Shown here piece by piece: positions 10,893-21,043 of a stretch of 64,000 nucleotides of DNA. The position numbers and the translations under genes are program-made. Source of the DNA: an uncultured Planctomycetaceae bacterium (lineage in GTDB: Bacteria; Planctomycetota; Planctomycetia; Planctomycetales; Planctomycetaceae); NCBI GenBank assembly GCA_963813715.1, contig CAWFAK010000009.1, positions 128,001-192,000 of the forward strand. Reading direction: 5' to 3'. Numbering within the stretch: position 1 is the stretch's first letter; every line of letters starts with the position of its first letter. Below the pieces are notes generated by a model. That model saw only the letters and a program-made list of their open reading frames with translations, was not told the DNA's origin and did no database searches.

Positions 10893-12006
10893 TTGCCAAT
10901 CACCGACAAAGTCGAAGCCGGCGAACGGCTGTCGTTCGACGAAGGCGTCTTTCTCGACGAGCAGGTCGACATCCTCACGTTGGGCCGCTTGGCCAACGTC
11001 GTCCGCGAGCGGAAGAACGGCAACCTCGCGTTTTACAACACGAACATCCACCTCAATCCGACCAACGTTTGCGTCTATCGCTGCACGTTCTGCGCGTTTC
11101 GGGCCGACCTCAAGGCGGCCAAGGCCTACGAATTCACCGACGAGATGGTTCGCGACCGCGTGCTCGAGGCCACGAGGGCCGGTGCGACTGAGATTCATGT
11201 CGTCGGCGGACTGCATCATCTCAAGCCCTTCGAGTGGTACTTGAACGTCGTCCGCGTCATTCACGACACGAACGCCGAAATGCACATCAAGGCCTGGACG
11301 CCGGTGGAAATCCACTGGTTCAGCTACATCACCAAGAAGCCCATCCGCTGGGTGCTCGAGCAGTTGATCGAAGCGGGCTTGGGCAGCCTGCCCGGCGGCG
11401 GAGCCGAGATTTTTCATCCCGAGGTCCGCGACCAGATCTGCGAACACAAGGCCGACGCCAGCCATTGGTTCGACATCCATCGCGAGGCACATCGCCTGGG
11501 GCTGCGGTCGAACGCCACCATGCTCTACGGCCACATCGAAAAGGCCAAGCACCGCATCGATCACCTCTGCCGGCTCCGCGACCTGCAGGACGAGACGGGC
11601 GGCTTTCAGACGTTCATTCCGCTCGCCTTCCATCCGGAGAACACGGGTCTCGTCGCACATTCCCAAGGCGAGCGGGCTTGCCGATCTCAAGGTTGTCGCG
11701 CTCGGACGGCTGATGCTCGACAACTTCGACCATGTGAAGGCCTATTGGATCATGCTGGGCGAAAAGACGGCCCAGATCGCCCTCAGCTTCGGGGCCGACG
11801 ATATCGACGGCACCGTCGTCCATGAACTGATTTATCACGACGCGGGAGCCAAGACGCCAGAAGGACTCACGGTCGATCAGATCCATCGCTTGATCAGGGA
11901 GGCGGGACGTATTCCGGTCGAGCGCGATACCCTCTATCGACGCGTGATCCGCGACGGTGCCCGCTGGACCATCGGCGAACCGCTCCTGGCAGGGGCCGCC
12001 TGCTGA
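10893..12006 (+). CDS. mqnE: Aminofutalosine synthase, radical SAM, indel near 11650
   Basis: HLNPTNVCVYRCTFC, EIHVVGGLH, SLPGGGAEIF, NATMLYGHIE, IPLAFHPENT, HVKAYWIM, ERDTLY. Confidence 0.9.
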
Positions 12007-12025
12007 CGACTCGAGTCCCTGCCCT

Positions 12026-12412
12026 ATGAAAACCAATGAGTCCAACGCGATGCCCGCTCCCACCGCAGTCGGCGACATTATTCCCCGCACGGTCAGCCGC
12101 GAGCTGAAATTTGCCAACGGCACGGCGATCGGCGTCAGCAATCGCTGGAACAAGGGGCAATACTGCTCGATCCTGACTGAGGCTGGCATCGTCGGCTGCG
12201 GCATTTACGATCTGGAGACGGCGGCCGAATTCAGCCTGGCGATTGCCATCTGCAAAGGGACGCCGGCCAAGCCACTCGTCGAGCCCGAGGATTTGTTCGA
12301 GTCGAAAATCGTCGGTGCCACTCCGCAGGCCGAAGCGATGGGCATCCGCAAAGGGATCACCGGCAAGGAAGCGGTGGAACTGATGCTGCGGGCCAAACCG
12401 GCGAAATCGTGA
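12026..12412 (+). CDS. DUF1805 / YunC-like protein
   Basis: GIVGCGIYD...ATPQAEAMGIRKGITGKEA. Confidence 0.75.
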   Translation: MKTNESNAMPAPTAVGDIIPRTVSRELKFANGTAIGVSNRWNKGQYCSILTEAGIVGCGIYDLETAAEFSLAIAICKGTPAKPLVEPEDLFESKIVGATPQAEAMGIRKGITGKEAVELMLRAKPAKS

Positions 12413-12450
12413 CCAGCGCTTTCCACGAGTTCTAAGCCAGAGAGACCGCC

Positions 12451-12912
12451 ATGAGCCCGACCGACGCCGCCACCCGCTCGACGCAGCATGCCGCGACGTC
12501 ATCCGCGAATCCGCTGCGGGTGAAGACCCTCGACCACGTGACGCTGGTCGTAAAGGACCTCGAACGCAGTCACGCCTTTTATGCGGGCGTGCTCGGCATG
12601 CAGCCAGTCGAGCGGCCCAAGTTCTCGTTTGCCGGCAGCTGGTTCCAGGCGGGAAAGACGCAGATTCATCTGATTTTGGAGCATCCCGAATCGGGCCCTT
12701 CCGGCGTGCCGATCCCGCAGCAACTGTTGGGAATGAGCCGCACGCATCACTTCGCCTTCGAAGTCGACGATGCCCATGCAGCGACCGAGGTATTGCGGTC
12801 GAAGGGCATTCCGATCGTCAGCGGACCGAAGAACCGTCCCGACGGCATGATCCAGGTCTTCGCGACCGACCCGGACGGCCACGTCGTCGAACTCTGTTCC
12901 TGGCCTCGATAG
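12451..12912 (+). CDS. VOC / glyoxalase family protein
   Basis: LDHVTLVVKDLERS, HHFAFEV, DPDGHVVEL. Confidence 0.9.
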   Translation: MSPTDAATRSTQHAATSSANPLRVKTLDHVTLVVKDLERSHAFYAGVLGMQPVERPKFSFAGSWFQAGKTQIHLILEHPESGPSGVPIPQQLLGMSRTHHFAFEVDDAHAATEVLRSKGIPIVSGPKNRPDGMIQVFATDPDGHVVELCSWPR

Positions 12913-13035
12913 GGACAGGCCGCCCCGCTGAAGACGCCGCCATCACGAACCGGCTATCGACGACGCTGCGCGTCCCCGTCGACGGGCGCGGAGCAGCGAC
13001 CGTGCCGCGATAGCTCGTTCGGTCTCGAAGTCGGC

Positions 13036-13608
13036 TTACTCCGACTTCCCTTTCTCCTCGGTCGATTTGTCCTCGGCCGCGTCGTCGGTCTTTTCCTTGC
13101 CGGCTTTCTTGGCGGTGCTCCGCTTGGTCGTGGTGCCGCCGCCCGCGGCCGGCGCGAACTCGACGCGAGCCGCAAACAGCTGCTTGAGCCGCGTCGGGTT
13201 GTAGAGACGAACGACGCGATTCTTGTAGGTCACGCGGCCCTGGGCGTCGTGTGCCAGGTGCTCGGCGACTTCGGGCACGGCCTGGCCGGCGTACAGCCCG
13301 GCGAAGGTTTCGGGATCGACTCCCTGTCCCGATTCCAGATCGGCGACGGCATCGACACCGCCAACGCTCGTGGCAAATGCGTTGAGCCCAAGGATGGCGG
13401 GAACGTAGCGTTTCTCGTCCTGCAGCATCTGCATGGCTTCGGACATCACGCGGTCCGCGTCGCGCAGCTTGTCACGCAGGGCGCCTTGCACGGATTCGGT
13501 GGTCGGGTCGGCACTCAGCGGCGTGGGGCCTGCGAGATGCAGCGTGCCCAGCACATAGCCGACGCTCAAGAGACACAGACAGAACACGGTCCGAGGGATC
13601 CAGCTCAT
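13036..13608 (-). CDS. Conserved hypothetical exported protein
   Basis: N-terminal hydrophobic signal, GGVDAVADLESGQGVDPETFAGLYAG core, charged tail. Confidence 0.7.
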   Translation of the reverse strand: MSWIPRTVFCLCLLSVGYVLGTLHLAGPTPLSADPTTESVQGALRDKLRDADRVMSEAMQMLQDEKRYVPAILGLNAFATSVGGVDAVADLESGQGVDPETFAGLYAGQAVPEVAEHLAHDAQGRVTYKNRVVRLYNPTRLKQLFAARVEFAPAAGGGTTTKRSTAKKAGKEKTDDAAEDKSTEEKGKSE

Positions 13609-13891
13609 GCTCGCTCCGTTGGCTGAAGAATAGCCCGCCATGGTTGGCGTAACAGCCCGTGGGAACAGGCCGAGCCCGCGTCCAATCTCTATCGTCGTGA
13701 CCGACCCGAGGCTTTGCAAGGGAGAAAATCAGCCGCCACCGCGGCCCACAACAAGTTCTCGGCGGGCGCTGTGCAAACTCGCCGAGGGGCTCTGGACACC
13801 GGGTCAAACGCGACGCGGAACGGGGAACGATGCCGCAATTCACGGGCGAGGCGGGCAAAGTGTGACACGCGCGCCAGAGGCGCGGCGGGCT

Positions 13892-14213
13892 CTAAACCTC
13901 GACGCGGGCGAGCAAGCTGATCAGCTCGTTCAGCGCGTGATCGATGCGGACGGTGTCCTGCAGTCGGCAGGCGTGTTGCAGTTCGGCGCCGGCCGCGCTG
14001 ATTTGCGGGAATCCGTAGCCGCCACCCGCGCCCTTGAGCTGGTGCGCCTGCCGTCCCAATTCCTCGACACAGCGTGCGCGATGCAGCTCGCTCAGCAGGC
14101 GCATCCGGTCCGGCACCGCGCTTCACAAAGAGGTCGAGCAAGTCGTGGAAGTCGACGTCGTCGGCGAATTCCGAGCGGAGCGGCGTTTGGGCGGTCGTGG
14201 TCGATACGGACAT
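13892..14213 (-). CDS. Stand-alone Hpt phosphotransfer protein, indel near 14125
   Basis: LRSEFADDVDFHDLLDLFV followed by AHQLKGAGGGYGF. Confidence 0.85.
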
Positions 14214-14487
14214 GACAAGGGTTCCTGCAATCCGCAACTGGATCGGTGGCACCGAATGTTTAGCACGTCCGGAGAGACGACGATTCGCTTCCGCCCCTGC
14301 CAGAAACCGCCGAGACCAAGCGAGGTCCGGTTTTGCCGAACGCACGGATTCTGACGTTCGTCCTGTTTGCAAATCGCCCGAACCACAGCGTCATGTGTGG
14401 GAGCCGGCCATCGGGATAGAATGAGTTGCGCGGCGATTCTGGAGTTCGGGCCGCGTAACCGACGCCCATCCGAGGCTCTGCCTGCCG

Positions 14488-15021
14488 ATGCCTTTCGGAA
14501 CTTACCAGCGCATCTTTCGCTCTCCGCTGGAGGCGCGGGTCCAGATGAATGGGCAGTCTCCGCTCGGCTGCCTGTTGCTGATCGTCGTTCCCGCGCTGCT
14601 CGTCGTGTCCACGTACCTCGCGTGGTGGGAGCTGCGATTTTTCGTGCAGGGTCGCACGACCGAGGCCACCGTCGACCGCGTCGAGGAAATCCGACTGCGG
14701 AGCGGCCTGTTCGGCGGGTCATACCGCGACGTCCACTACTCGTTTCCTGACGGCGATTCGGACCGTTTGCGCAGCGAACGCGACGAGCTGCCTGCCTCGT
14801 GGCCGCGCCCCGGTCATGTGGTGCGCGTGGAATTCGTTCCCGGATTGCCAGGCGGCTCGCGCGTCGCCGGCCATCGGCACATCGGGTTCACGATCTTTTT
14901 TGTGGTGACTGTGATTGGCTCGGCCGTGTATGTTGGCCTGTTGCTGCGGGAAGCGCGGCGGGTGGTGAACGAGCAAGCGAGGTTCGAATCGGAACGCCGC
15001 CGCCGCGGGAATGCCGTTTGA
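14488..15021 (+). CDS. DUF3592-like two-TM membrane protein
   Basis: TM, then a beta-rich loop (TEATV...VHYSF...VRVEFVP), then a second TM. Confidence 0.6.
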   Translation: MPFGTYQRIFRSPLEARVQMNGQSPLGCLLLIVVPALLVVSTYLAWWELRFFVQGRTTEATVDRVEEIRLRSGLFGGSYRDVHYSFPDGDSDRLRSERDELPASWPRPGHVVRVEFVPGLPGGSRVAGHRHIGFTIFFVVTVIGSAVYVGLLLREARRVVNEQARFESERRRRGNAV

Positions 15022-15042
15022 TTCACCGGCCGAATGCCGAGG

Positions 15043-17550
15043 CTACTTCCCGACGAACTCGCCGTGCTCGACGCTCCAATCGTTGCCGAAGAAGCCGGCC
15101 TGTTTGACGCCGGGCACTCCTTTGAGCAACGCTTCCGCCCCGAACACCACGCAATCGGGATAGCCGATGCCGGAGACGAAGAAGGGCAAACGGTCAGTCA
15201 GCCGCATCCCTTTGACGCCAGTCCCTGAGACGACGCCGACGGCGGCCACGTCACTGTCGGGCCGCGGACGCACGAAGAGACAGCCTAGGTTGTCGGCCTT
15301 GGTCTCCTTCCCGCCGACCGAGATCGAACCCGACCGCACCTGCACGGGACTCTGCCCCAAGAGCGCCGTCCACGCGCCGTTCGTGTTGGCGTTGCCGTAC
15401 AGGATCACGTTGTGATCGCCGTCCTTGGTCGCGTCGAACTCGGCGTCGGTCACGATCGGGATGAACCCGTTGCCGCGATACCAGAAACTTTCGGCGTCGA
15501 AGCGGGCTTTCTGCAGCGCCCACGCGTTTTCTTCCGGAGAACCTTTCGTGCCGACGACGAACCGCATGCCGTTGCGAAACGCATCGCGAAACGGGCCGCT
15601 GCGTGCCGGCGTCTTCATAGCGGCCGCCGGCTTTGCACCGACGTGCCATTTGCCGCCCACCCGGTCCAGCCACACGACGGCCCCGCTGCCGGGCCAGGGA
15701 ACGTCCTTCAATGCCTGGCCGTCGAGCTCGATCGAAAGCGGTGCCGCCCGGCTTGAGGTGATGCACGTCGAGTCCCAGGCAGGCCACGTTGTCGGTCGTG
15801 CCGGCGAAACTTCCGCTTCTCGCGATCCTGCGACAGATGAATGGCGCGTCGGTTTGTACGCCTTTTGTTGCTCTTCGATGATCGCCCAGTGGGAGTCGGC
15901 CGAAACGCCCGGGCTGATCGTGACGAAATCGACCCGCTTGACGTCCGCGTTCTCGGGCCGCGAACGCTCGGAGAAGAACTCGAACATCTGCGGCCAATCG
16001 ACGCACAAGTTGCCCCACCAGTGGCCGGCCCCCGAGCGCTCGTGGTAGGCCCAGTCGCCGTGAAAGCCGGCGAGCACTTTCCGCATCTCGCGCGCCTGGT
16101 CGACGGGGACGTTGTCGTCCTGGTCGCCGTGCAGCACGTAAACGCCGAGCGAACCGAGATTCTTGACGAGGGCCAGCGTATCGCCCGCCGATGCGGACCG
16201 CTGAAACAGGTCGGCCATCGGGTCCGGGTGTTCGGTCCGGGGCACGCCGGCGTATGACATCATGCTGATCCAACCGGCGCTCGGGCCGATGGCGGCGAAC
16301 TTGTCCGGATACGTCACGCCCAAGTGCCATGTGCCGTGCCCGCCCATCGAATGGCCCGTGAGCCAGATGCGATGCGGGTCAACCTTGAGCGTGTGGCAGG
16401 CCTCGTCGAGCACTTCGAGTGCGTCGAGCCGGCCCCAGTCTTCCCAGTCGAAGCCATACGGCCGGCGATTTGTCGCCGCGACGACGTGCGTCCACGGCTT
16501 GGGTTTGAAGCAATCGGCCTGGCCCAACCCTTCGACACCCGCACCGTGCAGCGTCAGAGTCAGACCGGGCGTCTGCGAACTGGGCGTGGCCGGGACCAGC
16601 GCGTAATACTGCACACTGCCGTCGATCTTGCTGCGAAAGGTGACTTTGTGCGTCTGCTCCGGCTTCAACAAGCGGAGCCGAATCACCGTTTGATCGAGGC
16701 TGCGGCCAGCGTCGGGCTTCGGTCGCTGCAGCGCGAGTGTGACGGACACCTGACCGGGCTTCGTCGGCGGCATCCCGGCAATGCGAATCGGCACCTTGGA
16801 GACACTGAACGGAGGCAGTTCGGGCAGCTCGGTCCGCGTGGGGCTGCTGCCCGGCAGCGTCGACACGATAGTCACGCCCTTTTGCCACGCGGGCGTCGCG
16901 TTGATCACGGGGACGGCCGCCCAGCCGTCATATTTTCGCCCCGTCAGCAGGTCGGGAGTGGTGATGTCGCCTGGATTGAAAAAAAGCTCGCCGGGCGAAG
17001 CCGTCAGTTTGGCCTTGAGGTCCCCGCGCGCCACCGTGAATAAGAACAGGTTCGCCCCCTTCTTGAGTTGCACCGGCACGTGGACGTAGCCGTACGAGTA
17101 GGGATCGCCGGCCCGCGGCTCGCCGTTGACCCAAACCATGCCATGCCCGCTCGCCTCCAGGATCATCACACGGTCTGCCGGCGAGTTGAGCGAGAAGAAC
17201 GCATAACCCCCGTTGAGCGCGCGGTCCTGATAGCTGCCGTCTTTTCCCGGAGCCAGTTTTTGCCAGGCCCGCGTCCGGCCATCCGGTCGAGGCACCGTGT
17301 CTCCGGCTTTCGGCGGCGTCCAAGTGCCGTCGGCGACCTGCGCCGCCACGGGGTCGATAGGAAAGGCGACCCGCATTCCCCGCGCGGGGGGTGCCAGAAT
17401 CAATGCCTCGCCGAACGTCGTGTCCTTGGGAGCGTCGGCGGCGCGGGCGGGGACAACCGTCAACAGAATGGTCAGGGTCAGTAGAGCGGCGAGGGGCGGG
17501 GCGAATGCCAACTTGAGGCACAGCTTGCGACACGAACCTGGCGCGGTCAT
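15043..17550 (-). CDS. Secreted alpha/beta-hydrolase / prolyl-oligopeptidase-family serine hydrolase (compensating indels ~15740-15850)
   Basis: Signal peptide; LHGAG, GHSMGG nucleophile, HGDQDDNVP and AGHWW triad. Confidence 0.85.
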   Translation of the reverse strand: MTAPGSCRKLCLKLAFAPPLAALLTLTILLTVVPARAADAPKDTTFGEALILAPPARGMRVAFPIDPVAAQVADGTWTPPKAGDTVPRPDGRTRAWQKLAPGKDGSYQDRALNGGYAFFSLNSPADRVMILEASGHGMVWVNGEPRAGDPYSYGYVHVPVQLKKGANLFLFTVARGDLKAKLTASPGELFFNPGDITTPDLLTGRKYDGWAAVPVINATPAWQKGVTIVSTLPGSSPTRTELPELPPFSVSKVPIRIAGMPPTKPGQVSVTLALQRPKPDAGRSLDQTVIRLRLLKPEQTHKVTFRSKIDGSVQYYALVPATPSSQTPGLTLTLHGAGVEGLGQADCFKPKPWTHVVAATNRRPYGFDWEDWGRLDALEVLDEACHTLKVDPHRIWLTGHSMGGHGTWHLGVTYPDKFAAIGPSAGWISMMSYAGVPRTEHPDPMADLFQRSASAGDTLALVKNLGSLGVYVLHGDQDDNVPVDQAREMRKVLAGFHGDWAYHERSGAGHWWGNLCVDWPQMFEFFSERSRPENADVKRVDFVTISPGVSADSHWAIIEEQQKAYKPTRHSSVAGSREAEVSPARPTTWPAWDSTCITSSRAAPLSIELDGQALKDVPWPGSGAVVWLDRVGGKWHVGAKPAAAMKTPARSGPFRDAFRNGMRFVVGTKGSPEENAWALQKARFDAESFWYRGNGFIPIVTDAEFDATKDGDHNVILYGNANTNGAWTALLGQSPVQVRSGSISVGGKETKADNLGCLFVRPRPDSDVAAVGVVSGTGVKGMRLTDRLPFFVSGIGYPDCVVFGAEALLKGVPGVKQAGFFGNDWSVEHGEFVGK

Positions 17551-17729
17551 CGAGCGGGCTTTCTCTAGAAGATGTCCGAGGGTGTGGAATGAGTTGTACC
17601 GCGACGATCCGGCTTCTGTCATGCGCGCCCAGCCGATTTTGCGTAGCGACCCGCATAGAATGGCCGAAAGGGCCGCCCCAACGTCACAATGCTCGCGCCT
17701 GGACGAACGTCACCGCGAGGGAGAAACGA

Positions 17730-17915
17730 ATGCAGCAGGAAGGCACCTACATTTGCGACGCCTGCGGAGAGGAGATCGTCGTGCCGATCGACGTCTCGGC
17801 CGGCGAGAGCCAGGAATACGTGGAGGACTGCCCCGTCTGCTGCCGCCCCAACGTCGTGCACGTCGAGATCGAAGATGACGGCGGCGTGCGCGTGTGGGCT
17901 CAGAAGGAAGCGTAA
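17730..17915 (+). CDS. CPXCG-motif cysteine-rich small protein
   Basis: CDACGE...YVEDCPVCCRP; RBS GAGGGAG upstream. Confidence 0.85.
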   Translation: MQQEGTYICDACGEEIVVPIDVSAGESQEYVEDCPVCCRPNVVHVEIEDDGGVRVWAQKEA

Positions 17916-18118
17916 GCGGCCGACGACGACCCGATGATCCCGGTCGCCGCATTCGGGGCTCTCGCTTCCGGGACAAGTATCAGCCAAACCGAAACGGTTT
18001 TAGAGAGAAGCAACTACTCGTTCAGAATCTACGTGACCACCGACAGACCCGCCCCACTGCAGGGTTCGCTGTCGAGCTGGCTCTCGAGGCTGGCGGTTGT
18101 CGGCGTTCTGAGCGCCCG

Positions 18119-18472
18119 TCAGTCCAGCATCACAAACAAGTAGGACTGGCCCGTATCTTTCTCGGGATCGAATCCTTGCTCTTGTGCGATGCGGCCGCAC
18201 CAGGCACAAACGCGTTGCCGAGCCTCCGGATCGTCAGGCAGTTTGAGAACGAGTTTGCCGGTGTTCTGCCCTTCCGGGTATTCGTCGATTTCCACGGCGA
18301 AAACCTCAACGGCACCGGCATCATAGGCTTCCTTCGCCAGGGCGATGGACTCCTCATTGGTGGCCAATTCGCCGAGAGATCGAAAATCCTCGCCGGAGCC
18401 CCCTTTCAGCCAACCGAGCACCTCTTTCGTATTGGGATCGCGGAGGAATTTCTTACAGAATTCGTCGGACAT
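18119..18472 (-). CDS. Hypothetical acidic protein (117 aa)
   Basis: Clean ORF with globular composition and a GGTGAGG RBS. Confidence 0.7.
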   Translation of the reverse strand: MSDEFCKKFLRDPNTKEVLGWLKGGSGEDFRSLGELATNEESIALAKEAYDAGAVEVFAVEIDEYPEGQNTGKLVLKLPDDPEARQRVCAWCGRIAQEQGFDPEKDTGQSYLFVMLD

Positions 18473-18654
18473 CGATGTGCCTCACCGTTCCGATTACGAG
18501 AAAAAACGATTCGGTGTCTCCATCGTCGCAACTGGGGCCCGTCAACTGCAAGGCGAAATCTTCGGTGAAAAGCGACGTTCCGCAGCGTCGTTACTGCTGA
18601 GCCGAAACGTCTCAGCCGTGGCACCCGAATAACCGGACGAGGCATGACACCGGG

Positions 18655-18763
18655 GCGCGCGGTGGGACCACTTTTGGCGCCCCCCTTATATTAAATGTGA
18701 TGGTACCGTCACGGCGGGACCACTTTTTGTTGTCCCGGCGGGTCCACTTGTTCCACCGCGCGC
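18655..18763. repeat. Origin/iteron-like structure at the 3' end of the AAA_25 gene
   Basis: 11-bp inverted repeat (18655-18665 / 18753-18763) encloses three GGYGGGWCCACTTKT copies (18661, 18713, 18737), an AT-rich run and a near-palindrome at 18697-18712. Confidence 0.6.
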
Positions 18764-20198
18764 GTCGCCTCGGATGAATCCGCCGGCTTCGTGGGCAGGC
18801 GATAGGCTACTTCCGTCCGGTCGTGCCGCTCGATCTTGACGACGACCAGTCGCTCTTCGTCCACGAGTGATTCGAGGACGTCGATCAATCGCTTTGCATT
18901 GAGCCCCAGCGCAAGGCGCAAGCCCCGGGCGGTTTCGCCTGCCGGGCGGAGGGCCAAGGCCTCAAGCACGCGGTGGCGATTGCGCTCGAACGCGACGGCG
19001 ACCTGGCGAGCGCGGCGATCTTCACAGTCGGCAAAGGTCCGCTCTTCGGATTGAGCCTCGGCGATCGAGACTGGGCGAATGGCGGTCTTCCACTTCCGCT
19101 TTTCCCGTCCGCCGGCCACTCCTTCACTCACATCCAGGGCCCACAAGCCGTGGTGACCGCTGCGTCCCCCGGCCGAGAGCCACAGCTCGTGCCGGCCGAG
19201 TTCCGGGTCGAACCGCCGGCGGCGCGAGAGGGTGAGCCATTGGGCGGAGAACTCGGCGAAGCCGGCCCAGGCGATGTCCTCGAGCGAAGCCGGGCTCCGA
19301 CGGGCTTGCTGCGAGCGCTTGCAGTGATGGACGACCAGAACGGTGCAGCCGGTTGTCTGGCAGATTTCGGCCAGCGGACGCAAGAGCGCGCCCATGGCGA
19401 ACAGGTTGTGGGTGGCTTCGCCGCCGACCGCCAGGTAGGCCGGATCGATGGCGACGCAAATCGGCTGTCGCTCGCGAATGATCCGCCGCAACGCCCGCAC
19501 GTCGGCCGCCCGATCGAACTGGGGAAGTTTTGGCGAGAGCTCGAAATTGTCGACCGCCTCCAGCGACAGCCCCCGCGCCCGGCAGATGCGGCGGACGATC
19601 GATTGCAGCGCGGCCAGGCCCGATTCGCCCGAAAGAAACAGCGTGGGGCCGGGCTGGGCGACGGGGAACTGGCCCAAAAAGGGCGTCCCGCTCGCCAGCG
19701 AAATCAACAGGTCGGCCGTGACCGAGGTCTTGAGCGTCTTGAACGCCCCGAAAATGCCGCCCGGCTGGCCCGCCGCCAGCACGCCGTCGATCAGATAGCG
19801 GGTCTCGAACTGCCCCGAGTTGAGCCGTGCGGGCGTGAAGAAAGGAAAACGGTCTTCGTCGGATGCCTCGGACAGGTCGATGTCGTCGAGAATCTCGTCG
19901 AGTTCATGTCCGGGTGTCGGGTGGTTGCCGGCCAACCGACCCAGCCGATTGATGATCTCTCGGACATGGCAGTTGGGATCCGGATCGGGCCGTGCCCCCG
20001 GATCTGGCGGATCACCTCCTCCCAGGCCGCGTCGCGGATCCGGCAGAAGTCCGCCAGATCGATGACGTCGGCGATGACCGGGTCGAGCCCGATCGATTGC
20101 AAGTAATGCGAAAAAGCCTGGCGCCGCCCCTTGTCGACCCAGTCGATCGACCGCGCCACGGACGACGCGGGCGATGTGCTGCGATAAATTATGGCCAT
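18709..20198 (-). CDS. AAA_25 / RepA-like helicase-type ATPase with C-terminal wHTH, indel near 19990
   Basis: RYLIDGVL, Walker A variant GAFKTLKTS, FLSGES, Walker B AIDP, LVVHHCKR. The N-terminus lies in ORF 19791..20198. Confidence 0.8.
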
Positions 20199-20294
20199 TT
20201 AGCAATCATCGCGCGCCCACACAATGGATCAAGATCGAGTTTCTACGCCCAAAGAAACAAGCGGCGGAAAAGCGGGGCGCGGGCCTGGCCTGCC

Positions 20295-20486
20295 CTACCG
20301 CTCGGGATGAGACGCCGGGAGTTCGAGGGACCTAGACCCGCGCTCACCTTCGGTTAGGTACTTCGCCTGCATCAACCCGAAAGCGTCGGCGAGGGCAGTG
20401 CGGGGTAACGAAGCCGAGATCCAGAGAACTGCGGTCACAAGCAGGAAGGGCGAAATTCCCCGGACAACGCTCGATAGGACAAGCAT
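20295..20486 (-). pseudogene. Possible truncated exported-protein gene
   Basis: RBS plus a signal-peptide-like start (…SLPRTALA-DA), degrading after about 45 codons next to the AAA gene. Confidence 0.3.
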
Positions 20487-20529
20487 TCACCTTTCCCAAG
20501 CCGGTAGCGCGTGCAAGTTGTGTTGACGA

Positions 20530-20799
20530 TTAGTGCTCCAGATGCTGCTCATATATCTGCCGCAACCGGGGATTCGGCCACTTACTATCATACTCGTCGA
20601 AGTACCTTAACAACTCAGTCTCCGCGTCGGGCCGCCAGCGGGCGACGAGACTCGGAACTTCGTGGAGAGCTTCCCAAAGGTCGTTGATTTGCTTCCGCGA
20701 GATCTCCTCGCCCAGCGTCCAGTTCCGTGTCGTGTAGGCGGCGACATGTACCACGCGGAGGGTGGCTAGGAGGATCGGCTCAGGTGCGAGCGACGTCAT
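20530..20799 (-). CDS. Hypothetical protein (89 aa)
   Basis: Clean helical-looking ORF with a GGAGA RBS. Confidence 0.65.
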   Translation of the reverse strand: MTSLAPEPILLATLRVVHVAAYTTRNWTLGEEISRKQINDLWEALHEVPSLVARWRPDAETELLRYFDEYDSKWPNPRLRQIYEQHLEH

Positions 20800-21043
20800 C
20801 GGATTTCTCCACCGGCAATTTGTAACTGCCGAGCACCGCTCATTTTAGCGTCCGCAAAAATCAACCGTCGATTGGCAAAACAACTCGCACGCACTACGCC
20901 CCAAGCTGAAGGCTCCGCGGTCGTGAGTGTTAATGCCGACTTGACTCGCGCTGAGTGCGCATTTATTTTCACTTTGGCCGATCTGTCTCCGTGATTCGTC
21001 CTGCGCGGCAGTCCGCGCGCCCTCTGCACCTGGGAGCCCAACT

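Noticed and set aside
12947..13020. Long GC hairpin between convergent genes as an ncRNA
   Set aside because: Imperfect and single-copy; more simply a terminator-like structure.
18022..18110. Integron attC site downstream of the 117-aa ORF
   Set aside because: An imperfect hairpin exists, but it lacks properly spaced RYYYAAC/GTTRRRY boxes, and there is no second copy or integrase.
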